A stretch of 64,000 bases of DNA from a phage, in the sequence record PZ386957.1, one strand, 5' to 3'. The notes below the pieces were generated by a model. It did not search any database. It was not told the DNA's origin and worked only from the letters and a program-made list of their open reading frames with translations. The position numbers were made by a program, and so were the translations under genes. Position 1 is the first letter of the stretch. Every line of letters starts with the position of its first letter. Below, piece after piece: positions 43,012-53,476 of this stretch.

Positions 43012-43575
43012 GTGCGAAAAATGCTCTTTTCTTTCTTCCCAGCCGTAGAATACAATGGCAAGATGATTACTGACATTGTGCGAAATTATCGCGCCTACTT
43101 TAATTCTATCATCTCAGATTATAATATTCAAACTTATTACATTCAGGGTAGCCCACGACCGGAACAAGTTGCATATGAAGTATACGGAAATCAGCAATTA
43201 TATTGGATCTTGTTGATGTTAAATGACGTATATGATCCGTTCCATGACTGGATCACCGATCAGGAGACTGCCTATGAATCAGCCGAACAGCGTTACTCCC
43301 GCGTAGGAGGAAATCAGGTATTATATCACGTTGACATTGACGGAAACAAGTATTGGAACTTAACAGAATATCCGAAGGGATCAGAGAACTGGTATGATAA
43401 AGGCGATATTCATCACCGTCATTTGCAGTTTCATGGTGCATTGTCGGCAGTCGATACACTAGAAGATGCAATTCTTCGTAATGAGGAACGACGCAAGATT
43501 AAAATTATCGATCCGACTCAAATTAAACAATTCATTAACGCGTTTATTCGTGAAATGGAAAAGGCTGATGTGTAA
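43012..43575 (+). CDS. 53: Baseplate wedge protein gp53
   Basis: 187 aa; TATAAATA late promoter at 42981-42988; position before gene 5. Confidence 0.7.
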   Translation: MRKMLFSFFPAVEYNGKMITDIVRNYRAYFNSIISDYNIQTYYIQGSPRPEQVAYEVYGNQQLYWILLMLNDVYDPFHDWITDQETAYESAEQRYSRVGGNQVLYHVDIDGNKYWNLTEYPKGSENWYDKGDIHHRHLQFHGALSAVDTLEDAILRNEERRKIKIIDPTQIKQFINAFIREMEKADV

Positions 43576-43584
43576 GGTGATAAC

Positions 43585-45384
43585 ATGTTAATGATTAATA
43601 ACTCCGTTAAATGGTTTACCGGGATTGTGGAAAACAGGGAAGATCCATTGATGTTAGGACGGTTACAGGTCCGTATTCATGGTGTACACCCTTCATTATC
43701 CGCTCACGGTGATATACAAGGTTTACCGACCGAAGACCTGATATGGATTACTCCAGTACAAGATATTACAAGCGCGGCGATCTCCGGTATAGGCCAAAGT
43801 CCTACTGGTATTGTTGAAGGTTCAATGGTATTTGGTTTAGCCTTAGATGAACGTTATTTGAATTGCCTTATTCTGGGGACAATTGCAGGACAATATACAG
43901 AGCAACCATTAACAACCGAGGGATTTTGTGATCCGTCCGGTGCATATCCTCGCTATATCGGCAACGATGTTAATATTCTTGCTCGCGGCGGGGTTAATCC
44001 ATCAACGGGACAAACAACAAAACCTGATAGTGTCTATATTCGAGATGAAAACACTGGAGTTGCCGTAAATCCAGACGACGAGCCATTAGACCAAATTCCG
44101 GTTGACGATAACCCAGAATACACAATAGAAAAAATGTTGCGGGGCGATGAGGGATATCGCGAGAAATGGTATCTTGATTCAGAAGGATATCCGACAATAG
44201 GCATCGGGCATTTGATCATTTATAAGAAAACCAGTGATCTGGGTATTATCAATAATGAACTTTCTAAGCTGGTAGGGCGTGAAGTTACAAACGGAAGACT
44301 TACCGCCGAAGAAGTTAGTAAAGTATTTGCTGACGATATAGAAAAGACTCGTCGTGATATGCGCAAACATCCACGAATTGCACCTGTCTATAATAAATGT
44401 AATGCCTCACGTCGTATGGCATTAGAAAATATGGCGTTTCAAATGGGTGTTGGTGGATTGGGTAAATTTAAGAATAGTCTTGCTGCAATGCTGGCGGAAG
44501 AATGGAAACAAGCCTATGATGGATTACGTCAATCTGTATGGGCTAATCAAACTCCAGGACGCTCCAGCCGTGTTTCTAAAATTATTTTAACTGGTAACTT
44601 AGAATCATATGGCGTAATTGCTCCAAAGAAAGAGGAATCAATTTCGGATGATCCGCGAGCACGTTTAAGAAATGCCCGTATTGCTGCCTATAAGACACAG
44701 AGAGCAGAAGAAGACCCAGAAGCACCGTTTACCCCACAAGACACACGAATCATGTTTAAAGAGCCTAAGAGTTCGTATTCTGCAAGGTATCCTTATAACC
44801 ATGTGTACGAGTCAGAGAGCGGTCATATTATCGAGATTGATGATACTCCTTCTCATGAGCGATATCATCGTAAACATCCTTCTGGTACATTTGAAGAAAC
44901 CAGACCGGACGGAACGAGGGTAGAAAAGATTGAAGGCGATGACTATTTGATCGTTAAACAAGGCCGGAAAGTAAACGTTAAGGGTAATTTGCAAGTTGTT
45001 GTTGAAGGTGACGCGCAAGTTTATTATATGGGTAATGTTATGCAAACCGTTGATGGTAACGTCACTGAATTTATTCGTGGCAATGTTAATCAGACCGTTG
45101 AAGGCACTGCTAACATGCATGTTGTCGGTGATGTTATCGCACAGCTTGACGCTAATTTGACGGCTAATGTCAAGGGTAATGCTGAATTAATGATCGAGGG
45201 TAACACTACAGAGACAATTAAAGGTAACTATGATTTAACCGTTGAGGGTAATTTTAATATGACCGTCAATGGCACTAAATCAGATCAGGTTAATGGTGAC
45301 TGGTCCCGTAATTGTGGTGCAAGCGTTAAAGATATTGCATCTGGTACAGTTAAAATTGATGGTAGCCGTATTGATCTTGGGTGA
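43585..45384 (+). CDS. 5: Baseplate hub/cell-puncturing protein gp5 with lysozyme domain
   Basis: 599 aa; lysozyme motif GYPTIGIGHL; C-terminal beta-helix VxGxxxxx octapeptide repeats. Confidence 0.9.
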   Translation: MLMINNSVKWFTGIVENREDPLMLGRLQVRIHGVHPSLSAHGDIQGLPTEDLIWITPVQDITSAAISGIGQSPTGIVEGSMVFGLALDERYLNCLILGTIAGQYTEQPLTTEGFCDPSGAYPRYIGNDVNILARGGVNPSTGQTTKPDSVYIRDENTGVAVNPDDEPLDQIPVDDNPEYTIEKMLRGDEGYREKWYLDSEGYPTIGIGHLIIYKKTSDLGIINNELSKLVGREVTNGRLTAEEVSKVFADDIEKTRRDMRKHPRIAPVYNKCNASRRMALENMAFQMGVGGLGKFKNSLAAMLAEEWKQAYDGLRQSVWANQTPGRSSRVSKIILTGNLESYGVIAPKKEESISDDPRARLRNARIAAYKTQRAEEDPEAPFTPQDTRIMFKEPKSSYSARYPYNHVYESESGHIIEIDDTPSHERYHRKHPSGTFEETRPDGTRVEKIEGDDYLIVKQGRKVNVKGNLQVVVEGDAQVYYMGNVMQTVDGNVTEFIRGNVNQTVEGTANMHVVGDVIAQLDANLTANVKGNAELMIEGNTTETIKGNYDLTVEGNFNMTVNGTKSDQVNGDWSRNCGASVKDIASGTVKIDGSRIDLG

Positions 45385-45392
45385 GGTAACTA

Positions 45393-45959
45393 ATGGTTGA
45401 AATTCTTCCGATGAGTTCAAAATTGGAGGATATCAGCGAGCGAGAACTCTTTGAGGTGGTGTTCTCTTATAAAGCAACGCCACCGGATGCAAATACCACA
45501 TACACGATTAAAGAGTTTAAGATCAGCGAGTATCGCCCTAATAAGGGCGTTACCGTTGAAGAAACTAAAATATCTGGTGAGTATCTGGATAGTTTTTCGC
45601 TTGGCGCGGATTCTCTTAAATATATAACGAAAGATCGAATTAAAAAATCTGCCGGAAGTTTTGATGATTTACCAGATCCAACTACCGCAGATCTATATTA
45701 TTTTAACGCTCCTACACGTCTACAGGAGGTTTATACTTATAAAGTAACCCTAACCTATATCCAATCTGTTTCAGAGTCTTCTGGGGGTTCTGGTGAAGGA
45801 AATAGTGGTGGTTCCAATAGCCGAGAGGGTGCTGGTGAAACTAATCCGCCTCCGGTAGTAACAGAGCACACAATAGAGAAAGTTTATACTCAAACCGTTT
45901 TTGGAAATTGGGATGTGTGGGCGCAACAACTAAGAGACTATGTACATAGGGGTGTTTAA
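45393..45959 (+). CDS. Hypothetical protein (5.1 position), Ser/Gly-rich C-terminal region
   Basis: 188-aa ORF between gp5 and the PAAR protein. Confidence 0.45.
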   Translation: MVEILPMSSKLEDISERELFEVVFSYKATPPDANTTYTIKEFKISEYRPNKGVTVEETKISGEYLDSFSLGADSLKYITKDRIKKSAGSFDDLPDPTTADLYYFNAPTRLQEVYTYKVTLTYIQSVSESSGGSGEGNSGGSNSREGAGETNPPPVVTEHTIEKVYTQTVFGNWDVWAQQLRDYVHRGV

Positions 45960-46252
45960 TGGCTGGATTATCATATGACAAAGCACGAACAACCGGACAT
46001 GAACAATTTCCACCCACGATAATTAATGCATCACAATCTAAGGTATTCGTTGAAGGTATTCCGGTATTAGTGGAAGGTGATTCTATAATTCCACATACAC
46101 GAACAGTTAAGCCCTATGATACACACGGAGGAACTACCGTAGCCAGTACCCCGAAAGTATTTGTTACCGGAAAGAAAGCAATTCAAATGGCAGATCGTAT
46201 TAGCTGTGGCGATACCGTCGCTATGGCATCTTCTAAGGTTTATATAAGGTAG
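45959..46252 (+). CDS. 5.4: PAAR-repeat spike tip protein gp5.4
   Basis: 97 aa (same as T4 gp5.4); PAAR-like repeats [15 protein letters not shown] and [19 protein letters not shown]. Confidence 0.8.
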   Translation: MAGLSYDKARTTGHEQFPPTIINASQSKVFVEGIPVLVEGDSIIPHTRTVKPYDTHGGTTVASTPKVFVTGKKAIQMADRISCGDTVAMASSKVYIR

Positions 46253-46256
46253 TAAC

Positions 46257-46811
46257 ATGAAAGAAAACGTCATTCATTACACAGAAGAAGACCGTAATTT
46301 TTATAACGAACTTCATAATGCTTTCGTCTATGATGATGGTATTCTTTATTGGAAACATACAAGATCGAATCGTATAAAACCCGGCGACATTGCAGGTGTG
46401 TTATGGACAAACAATAAAACCGGATATTCTAGTTGGAAGATCGGATTTAATGGCAAGAAATATCATCGGTCATTACTGGTTTATGTTATGCACTATGGAC
46501 ATATACCAACGGCTTCTCAAGTTATCGACCATATAAACAACACATCAACGAATGACAGAATAGAAAATTTGCGGGTCACAACCCAGCATCAAAATACTCA
46601 GAATAAGTCGAAGGCGAGAAATAAAACCAATGGAAAATACAAGGGTGTGTTTTTAACCAAAAACGGAAGATGGAAAACCCAGATTGTCGTGAATGGTCGA
46701 TGTGTTTACTTAGGAACATTTGACTGTGAAGAAACCGCCGCAAAAGAATACAACAAAGCTGCAACTCATTATTTTGGTGAGTATGCGAAATTGAACGAAT
46801 TAAGGGTATAA
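46257..46811 (+). CDS. HNH homing endonuclease with AP2 DNA-binding domain
   Basis: 184 aa; HNH motif IDHINNTSTNDRIENLRVTTQHQN; AP2-like YKGVF..GRWKTQIVVNGRCVYLGTFDCEETAAKEYNKAA; inserted between 5.4 and 6. Confidence 0.8.
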   Translation: MKENVIHYTEEDRNFYNELHNAFVYDDGILYWKHTRSNRIKPGDIAGVLWTNNKTGYSSWKIGFNGKKYHRSLLVYVMHYGHIPTASQVIDHINNTSTNDRIENLRVTTQHQNTQNKSKARNKTNGKYKGVFLTKNGRWKTQIVVNGRCVYLGTFDCEETAAKEYNKAATHYFGEYAKLNELRV

Positions 46812-46812
46812 A

Positions 46813-48717
46813 ATGACAAAGCAAAAGATTACACAAATTCCTGATATTTTTAATGCTGCTACATTCGATGAAATTAAAAGCGCATTAACAGACTGGATGA
46901 GAAACCAGGAAGAATTTAAAGATTTTGATTTTAATGGTGCTGGTATTAACGTATTGATGGACTTGCTTGCATATAACACTCTGTATATTCAGCAATTCGC
47001 TAACGCCGCTCTATATGAATCTTTTATCAGAACGGCAATTAAGCGTAGTTCAGTTGTTCAAGCCGCGCAAGATTTAGGATATTTGCCAGCGAGTAAAACT
47101 AGTGCATCAACTACTATTATGTTGCACGTATCACATCCGCGAAATCCGGCAAGTATTCGAATCCCACGAGGAACTAAATTTATTGCAAGTGTGGATCGCC
47201 AGACTTCTTACCCATTTGTTACTACAGAAGACGTTGTGAGCGTTTTAGGTTCAAATGGTTTATATACGCCTATGCTTAAAGTCGCACAAGGTCGTATCGT
47301 TAGAACAGAAATGTTATTCGATCCTAAAAAGCAAATTCTGATCCGCGATCCAGATATTGACCGCGCTCAGGTTAAATTGTGGGTGGATGGTGCTGAATGG
47401 AAAGACTGGACACGAGAAAGTATTGTTAATGCAACTGGCGCTAGTAATATTTTCTATATGCGCGAAACCGTAGACGGACATACAGAAATTTTCTTTGGTG
47501 AAGGTGAATCAACTTTATCTGCTGCTGGCGGTGCACTGGAAGCAAATTATATTGGTGGACTTAAGCCGTCAACTGGTGCTAATATTGTTATCGAATATAT
47601 CAGCACTAAAGGCGCGGAAGCTAACGGATCTGTCAATTTCACATACGCGGATACATTGTCATCTATCTCTATTGTTAAAATTATTGAGAATCCGACAAAT
47701 GATCGTGATTATGTCGGTGCTGATGGTGGCGGTGATCCTGAATCAATCGAACGTATTCGTGAACTTGCTCCGGTAATGCGTGAATCTCAGCGTCGTTGTG
47801 TAACTGCTTCCGACTATGAGGCTTTTGTTTCAAGCCGATTTGGTAGTATTGTTCAGGCGGTACAATGTTTCACCGATCGAGAAAAACCTGGTTATGCTTT
47901 TGTTGCTGTTAAGCCTAAATCTGGTTTGCGCTTGACAACTGTTCAAAAAGAAGATATGCGGGATTATCTGGCAAAATATAATCTTGCTCCTATCACGCCG
48001 AGCATCATTGACCCTAACTATCTGTATATTAAACAGAATATTAAAGTTTCCTATTCAATCAATGACTTGTCAGAATCAGAGCAGTGGTTGCGCGGTGCGG
48101 TTATTGATCAGATTGATGCATACTATACCGATGAAGTGGAAATTTTTAACCAGACCTTTAGTAAGTCTAAAATGCTTGCGCGTATTGACAAAGCCGATGT
48201 TTCTGTGATAGGTTCTAGTGCAGAGATTGAAATGGTGCGTGAAATTGACAATTTCTATAAAGCGCCTATGGCTGGCATCAAATTTTTAAACCAGTATAAG
48301 AGCGGTGTTAAATCAAGTTCGTTTAACTTTGAGAAAGACGGGAAGCAATATCCGATCCACTATGTGAGCACCGAAATGGACACCGAAAGCGGATTGGCTA
48401 AAATGCTGGTTGGACCATTCCCTGTAGGGGCAACAATAGCATTACCTCATTATGACGGCACTGATTTTGATAAAGAGACTATCGAAGGTGCGGATCTTTA
48501 CTTTGTGGTAGGTGAAGTTGACCATTACAATGATTTAATCTCATGGGATCTGGGTAGACTTAACATTCATTCCGATTTCTTCACTGGTTCTTATATTGAG
48601 TTGACAGCGAAGCCAATCGCTGATAACATCTTTACAAGAGACGGGTCATTGATTGTATTCGAAAATGATCTTCGTCCGCAGTATACAACTATTAGTCTGG
48701 AGGCAATTGCTCAATGA
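46813..48717 (+). CDS. 6: Baseplate wedge protein gp6
   Basis: 634 aa (T4 gp6 is 660 aa); conserved order. Confidence 0.85.
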   Translation: MTKQKITQIPDIFNAATFDEIKSALTDWMRNQEEFKDFDFNGAGINVLMDLLAYNTLYIQQFANAALYESFIRTAIKRSSVVQAAQDLGYLPASKTSASTTIMLHVSHPRNPASIRIPRGTKFIASVDRQTSYPFVTTEDVVSVLGSNGLYTPMLKVAQGRIVRTEMLFDPKKQILIRDPDIDRAQVKLWVDGAEWKDWTRESIVNATGASNIFYMRETVDGHTEIFFGEGESTLSAAGGALEANYIGGLKPSTGANIVIEYISTKGAEANGSVNFTYADTLSSISIVKIIENPTNDRDYVGADGGGDPESIERIRELAPVMRESQRRCVTASDYEAFVSSRFGSIVQAVQCFTDREKPGYAFVAVKPKSGLRLTTVQKEDMRDYLAKYNLAPITPSIIDPNYLYIKQNIKVSYSINDLSESEQWLRGAVIDQIDAYYTDEVEIFNQTFSKSKMLARIDKADVSVIGSSAEIEMVREIDNFYKAPMAGIKFLNQYKSGVKSSSFNFEKDGKQYPIHYVSTEMDTESGLAKMLVGPFPVGATIALPHYDGTDFDKETIEGADLYFVVGEVDHYNDLISWDLGRLNIHSDFFTGSYIELTAKPIADNIFTRDGSLIVFENDLRPQYTTISLEAIAQ

Positions 48718-51700
48718 TTAAAGCGCCTAGTGTTACCAGCTTGACAATTGAAAAATTGTCTGCAAATCAGGCGTATATCACATGGGATGACGTAGGCGAA
48801 AACTTCTTTTATTTTGTGGAGTTAGCCGAAACCAGAACTCAAGACGGGGAGGAAATCCCCGTCGAGGAATTGACATGGGTCAATCTGGGATATACAGCCG
48901 ATAATAACTGGTTTGAAGATAAAAACTTATTCCCTGAATATTTTTACAAGTTCAGGGTAGCTGTTGCCGCAGAAGGGTTTGAACAAAGCAAATGGATCGA
49001 AACAGAAGAATTTCAGACATTTGCGACCAATGCTTATAACTTCTCTATGATGCGTGAATTTAATCTCGCGAATGAGTTTGTTAAACAAAAATTTACTTTG
49101 GATAATCGGGATTATATCAAGTTTAATACTGACTTGATTCAAGCGTCATTGATGAAAGAAGATTTTATCTTTAGTCCAGAATATGCGAATATTACAAATA
49201 TCGCCGATAAAATCATTGTAGATGAGAACTTTCATGAGATCCAAGATCACATAGAAAAAGTCTGTACAGACATTAACCGCACTATGTTAGCGGAAATGAA
49301 CGGCGTGCTATATCTCTTCGAACGTTTTCAGCCGATTGTCAAAGTATCCAATGACAAAGGTCAGACATGGAAAGCATATAAGGCATTCAATGACCGTGTA
49401 GGCAATCCAGTTTCCAGAACATGCGTTTATCAGTCTAAGACGACTACTTACGTGCTAGGGTATGACCGTATATTTTATGGACGACAAGCAAGCGATACTC
49501 GCTGGAGTGCCGACGATGTGCGGTTTAGTGATGATACTATCACATTTGCTAAAATTGGCGATGAGAATGACTTAGGCTTTGATGTTGAAGTCTTTGGTGT
49601 GTTTGCTCGATTGACTGGCGATACCACGAAATACGCCGAAGCAATGGCGTGTAATGACGCTTATTTGTGGGTTGGTGCTAAAGACATTATCCGTCGTATT
49701 CGTCTTACTAATACCCCGGTCGATACCGTGCAAGGATCACCGACTTTCGGGGAGAAGATATTCGATCCTGATGTTATTCGTGTTACTGGTAATGATAAAG
49801 CAGTAATTCAGAAAATGGATGTGGTAGACGGGCAATTATTGGTCTTTGTTACTGGTGAAGTAAAACAGAGATATCAAGATCCGACTAAACCGGAAAACGT
49901 GATTCCGTCCGAGGATGCTGGTGTATATCTTATGGTTGAAGATGGTCTGTCTTTTATTCGTGTATTCGGGAATACCCCAGAAGAACGTGAATACATTCAG
50001 CACGGATTTAGTAACATGTCAACCAATGGTGATGAGGCGTTTATTAGCCATTATAATCATCATTTCGGGGCAATATTACCTGATCCAGAAACTGCCGCAA
50101 AATATGACGGGTTAAGTGCTGCTGTAAAATATTCTCAGGAGCCAACTTATCTAACTGATAAGAAAATTCATCAAACGACATTCCGCGCAAGCTACGATGA
50201 CCTGCGTATGTGGCAATTAGGACCGCAATCCTATTACAATGAGGCCGATTATACATGGATGCGTCGAAATGGTGTGCGAGTATGGATCACTAATGATAAT
50301 AGACCACTGGTTGTTTATCCAGAGGTAGTGTACACTCAGGAAGTAGATCCAACTGGTATTGCTGATGAAAACAGAATTAATAAAGAAGTTTACGATAAAG
50401 GAACAGTCACCTGCTACCTGAATAATGTTAAATTTGAAGGATTCAAACAATATGCATCCGGTGTAATGTTCCATAAGAACACAGGGGAGATCATAGGATT
50501 CTATCAATTTAACTATCGTGTTCGCGACCAAGTTGGTGTATACTGGAAGCCTACTAATGTTGCATTCATCGCAGAATTGCAAAATCAGGTTCGTGAAGTT
50601 CCGTGGGTTCCCGTTCACTATGAGCGTGAATTAGATCCAGATTTACGACCTTTATTGAATAAAATGTCACCGGATAGTTTCTTGCTGGATAATGACGGAT
50701 TCAGAAAATTCTCTGAATATTATCTGCAATTCTTAAGTGATGGTTCCGGCACATATTATAATAAATTAAAAAATCTGATTAAGAACAAATACCCGCGCGA
50801 GCAAGATGCATATGAGTATCTTTGGTCAGAGATGAATAAACGAAATATCTATGCAGATAAAAACAAGCGAGATGCGGTAGTAAGATTCTTTGAATCCCGT
50901 AAATCAGATTTTTATTCCACTAAAGGTGTGGAGGCTTCTTATAAGTTCCTGTTTAAGCTACTTTATAACGAAGATGTAGAAATTGAGGTTGAATCTCAAG
51001 CCGGATTAGAATATGATATTGTGGTTAGTTCGACAAACATTGATGAGGATATTGTAGGCCGCACGATCTATACCCCAACCGGACGGGCTAATGTCACTTA
51101 TCTTGAAAGGGAATATGAAGGAGGTCGCTTGCGTTGGCGAATTACTATTCATAACCTGATTGGACGATTCGAAGAAGGACAGGAGATCAAGTCAGAAAAG
51201 ACTGGTTTTGAGGGTATGATCCTTGTTGGTGTACGTGGTAAAGAGTTGTTGAGTAGTTCAATTGACTATATCAACCGTTCACGCAGCCAATACACCATGA
51301 AGATTAAAAGTGCATTACCAGTTTCGCGCTATGCGAATGATGTAATGCGATTCGTTCATCCGGTAGGTTTTGGATTCATCGGTGTTACCCTGCTTACGAT
51401 GTTCATTAACAGCGGGTTAAGTTTGAAACATACAGAGACGATTATTAATACTCTGAAAAACTATAAATTTGACAGCGGATTGCCTAGCGTGTATCCTGAT
51501 CGAGTTGCTGATCTTGATGTTGATGGAAATATCAAGAAAGATCCTTTGACTGGTAAATCGCTGTATCTTGACGCACCAAATGCAGGACAAGATTTTCCGG
51601 TTCCGGCAAGTTATGATAAAGAGAATAGCGAATTGTTCTATGGACGAAAAGCAAGCGAACGACGATTTGCAATGAGTCCTCTTTTTGATCAATCTGCTGT

Positions 51701-51803
51701 ATCGTTCTCTATGTTCCGTGAACTGGTAGATAAGCGACTAAAAGATAATGTAGGGAATCCGCGAGATCCGAAGAATCCGACACAGAGGAAAGTTAATGGC
51801 TAA
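48714..51803 (+). CDS. 7: Baseplate wedge protein gp7
   Basis: 1029 aa (T4 gp7 is 1032 aa); conserved order. Confidence 0.85.
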   Translation: MIKAPSVTSLTIEKLSANQAYITWDDVGENFFYFVELAETRTQDGEEIPVEELTWVNLGYTADNNWFEDKNLFPEYFYKFRVAVAAEGFEQSKWIETEEFQTFATNAYNFSMMREFNLANEFVKQKFTLDNRDYIKFNTDLIQASLMKEDFIFSPEYANITNIADKIIVDENFHEIQDHIEKVCTDINRTMLAEMNGVLYLFERFQPIVKVSNDKGQTWKAYKAFNDRVGNPVSRTCVYQSKTTTYVLGYDRIFYGRQASDTRWSADDVRFSDDTITFAKIGDENDLGFDVEVFGVFARLTGDTTKYAEAMACNDAYLWVGAKDIIRRIRLTNTPVDTVQGSPTFGEKIFDPDVIRVTGNDKAVIQKMDVVDGQLLVFVTGEVKQRYQDPTKPENVIPSEDAGVYLMVEDGLSFIRVFGNTPEEREYIQHGFSNMSTNGDEAFISHYNHHFGAILPDPETAAKYDGLSAAVKYSQEPTYLTDKKIHQTTFRASYDDLRMWQLGPQSYYNEADYTWMRRNGVRVWITNDNRPLVVYPEVVYTQEVDPTGIADENRINKEVYDKGTVTCYLNNVKFEGFKQYASGVMFHKNTGEIIGFYQFNYRVRDQVGVYWKPTNVAFIAELQNQVREVPWVPVHYERELDPDLRPLLNKMSPDSFLLDNDGFRKFSEYYLQFLSDGSGTYYNKLKNLIKNKYPREQDAYEYLWSEMNKRNIYADKNKRDAVVRFFESRKSDFYSTKGVEASYKFLFKLLYNEDVEIEVESQAGLEYDIVVSSTNIDEDIVGRTIYTPTGRANVTYLEREYEGGRLRWRITIHNLIGRFEEGQEIKSEKTGFEGMILVGVRGKELLSSSIDYINRSRSQYTMKIKSALPVSRYANDVMRFVHPVGFGFIGVTLLTMFINSGLSLKHTETIINTLKNYKFDSGLPSVYPDRVADLDVDGNIKKDPLTGKSLYLDAPNAGQDFPVPASYDKENSELFYGRKASERRFAMSPLFDQSAVSFSMFRELVDKRLKDNVGNPRDPKNPTQRKVNG

Positions 51804-52791
51804 TGAAAATAGTGTGATCTATCGCTCAATCATTACTAGCAAATTCAGGACAGAAAAACTTCTGAATTTCTATAATTCAGTGGGTGATGCATCCAATCAA
51901 ATTACAATCTATGGAACGTTCGGACGTTCTACGCCGTGGTCGGAAAACGAAAAAGAGGTGGGCTTCGCGCCCCCTTTCCCAACTGATTCAACGGCTGGTG
52001 TTGTTGACATGTGGTCACATATGATGGGTGTGGTTAAAATTAATAAATCTCTTCTTGATGCGGTTATCCCTCGTAAAGATTGGGGAGATACCGGACAAGA
52101 TAACCCGCGCACATTCTTTATCAATGATATTGTGGTAGTAAACTCAGCGCCATATAACCGTACAGATGTTGGTAGCGGTTGGATGGTTTATCGTGTGACC
52201 GATGTTCCTGATCGCGGTTACTGCTCGATTTCAAGCATTGACGCTAAAGTAGAGTGTTTGAAGCTGGGCGGAAAGTGGACACCTACCCATGAATCAATTG
52301 CGCCACCTGTAGGAAAGGGAGATTCTATTGATATGGGTGATGGATATCGTTGGGAATATCTGTACACAATTCCGCCTGATGCGGCGATCAACCGTTGCAC
52401 CAATGAGCATATTGTTGTACCGTTCCCTGATGAACTGCGACAAGATCCGGCGCGTTGGGGCTATGACAATGTGATCACCTGGTATAATGACTATAATCTG
52501 CTTTATCGGCTGAAAGTAGTAACTTTGCGTTTTCAGGCTTATATGGACTCTGCGCAATTCCCAACTTCCGCGTTAGTTGGTAACACTGGTTTCCGTCAGT
52601 TAAGCATTATCCTTAACCCATTGGAAAAGAAAGCGCGACCTAGTGATCCAGATGTTAAAGCTGTTAAAGATAAGTACCGTCCGCAAGACTTAGAGCCACA
52701 CTCAGGCGAAATGATCTACATGGAAAACCGACAACCTATCGTTCGTTCACTCGATCAAACAGAACTTGTTTCTGTATTGTTTGAGTTCTAA
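51796..52791 (+). CDS. 8: Baseplate wedge protein gp8
   Basis: 331 aa (T4 gp8 is 334 aa); conserved order. Confidence 0.85.
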   Translation: MANENSVIYRSIITSKFRTEKLLNFYNSVGDASNQITIYGTFGRSTPWSENEKEVGFAPPFPTDSTAGVVDMWSHMMGVVKINKSLLDAVIPRKDWGDTGQDNPRTFFINDIVVVNSAPYNRTDVGSGWMVYRVTDVPDRGYCSISSIDAKVECLKLGGKWTPTHESIAPPVGKGDSIDMGDGYRWEYLYTIPPDAAINRCTNEHIVVPFPDELRQDPARWGYDNVITWYNDYNLLYRLKVVTLRFQAYMDSAQFPTSALVGNTGFRQLSIILNPLEKKARPSDPDVKAVKDKYRPQDLEPHSGEMIYMENRQPIVRSLDQTELVSVLFEF

Positions 52792-52803
52792 GTATATGAT
52801 TTT

Positions 52804-52838
52804 AAAAGCCAATTCGTAAGAGTTGGCTTTTTCTATTT
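52804..52838 (+). terminator. Intrinsic terminator after gene 8
   Basis: GCCAA...TTGGC hairpin then TTTTTCTATTTTG. Confidence 0.6.
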
Positions 52839-52844
52839 TGGGTG

Positions 52845-52872
52845 TTGACAATCTTATCTGGCAAGGTATAAT
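52845..52872 (+). promoter_or_regulatory. Consensus sigma70 promoter TTGACA-16-TATAAT driving the methyltransferase cassette
   Basis: Perfect hexamers between the gp8 terminator and the 52902 ATG; RBS GGAGG. Confidence 0.7.
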
Positions 52873-52901
52873 GCTAGCATCTAAACAACGGAGGATAAAT
52901 T

Positions 52902-53159
52902 ATGGCACGTCGTAAATTTACAGATAATTGTGAAGCAATTCAGGTATCCCCTTGTGGTTGGGAGGTGATCGCGAACGGTGAAAAGATCGGAGAGATCATC
53001 GATCATACTCATTCATCACTAGCCGATTACACCGATGAACTATGGGAGGGTATTAATTGCGCTAACGTAACCAAACGATTCAAGACTATTGATGAAGCTA
53101 TACATTTTGTGTATAATCCAACTTTCGGTATGTGGAGTGATAGAAAATGGCACGCGTAA
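52902..53159 (+). CDS. Hypothetical protein (cassette gene 1, MAR start)
   Basis: 85 aa; first gene after promoter 52845-52872; overlaps next gene. Confidence 0.55.
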   Translation: MARRKFTDNCEAIQVSPCGWEVIANGEKIGEIIDHTHSSLADYTDELWEGINCANVTKRFKTIDEAIHFVYNPTFGMWSDRKWHA

Positions 53160-53476
53160 ATATTAAACTGCATTACACAATGAGTAAACCAAAACATCCA
53201 ATGCATAAAGTGTTTTGGGGCTTGCATCTTCAAGAAAAATGGCATGATAACTATTGGTTTTGTGACCATGATAAGAAGTGGCATTCTCAAGATGAAGTTA
53301 ATGCGATGATGGAACAGGGTATCAAATTTAATTACTCTAATTATGACCATAACATTACTTGTATTCGAAAATTGAAACGGTTTATTCGAAAGAATCCGCA
53401 ATTTAAAAACTTTGTGTTCTTTATGTCTCATGTTTATTTGGGGCATAGCGTTACCATCACTGCAAAGGTTAAATAA
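53147..53476 (+). CDS. Hypothetical protein (cassette gene 2, His/Trp-rich)
   Basis: 109 aa; coupled to flanking genes. Confidence 0.55.
   Translation: MARVNIKLHYTMSKPKHPMHKVFWGLHLQEKWHDNYWFCDHDKKWHSQDEVNAMMEQGIKFNYSNYDHNITCIRKLKRFIRKNPQFKNFVFFMSHVYLGHSVTITAKVK

Noticed and set aside
43253-44370. Minus-strand ORFs inside gp53/gp5 (43253-43471, 43994-44197, 44034-44219, 44179-44370) and others inside gp6-gp12
   Set aside because: Antisense to strongly supported late structural genes; no independent signals.
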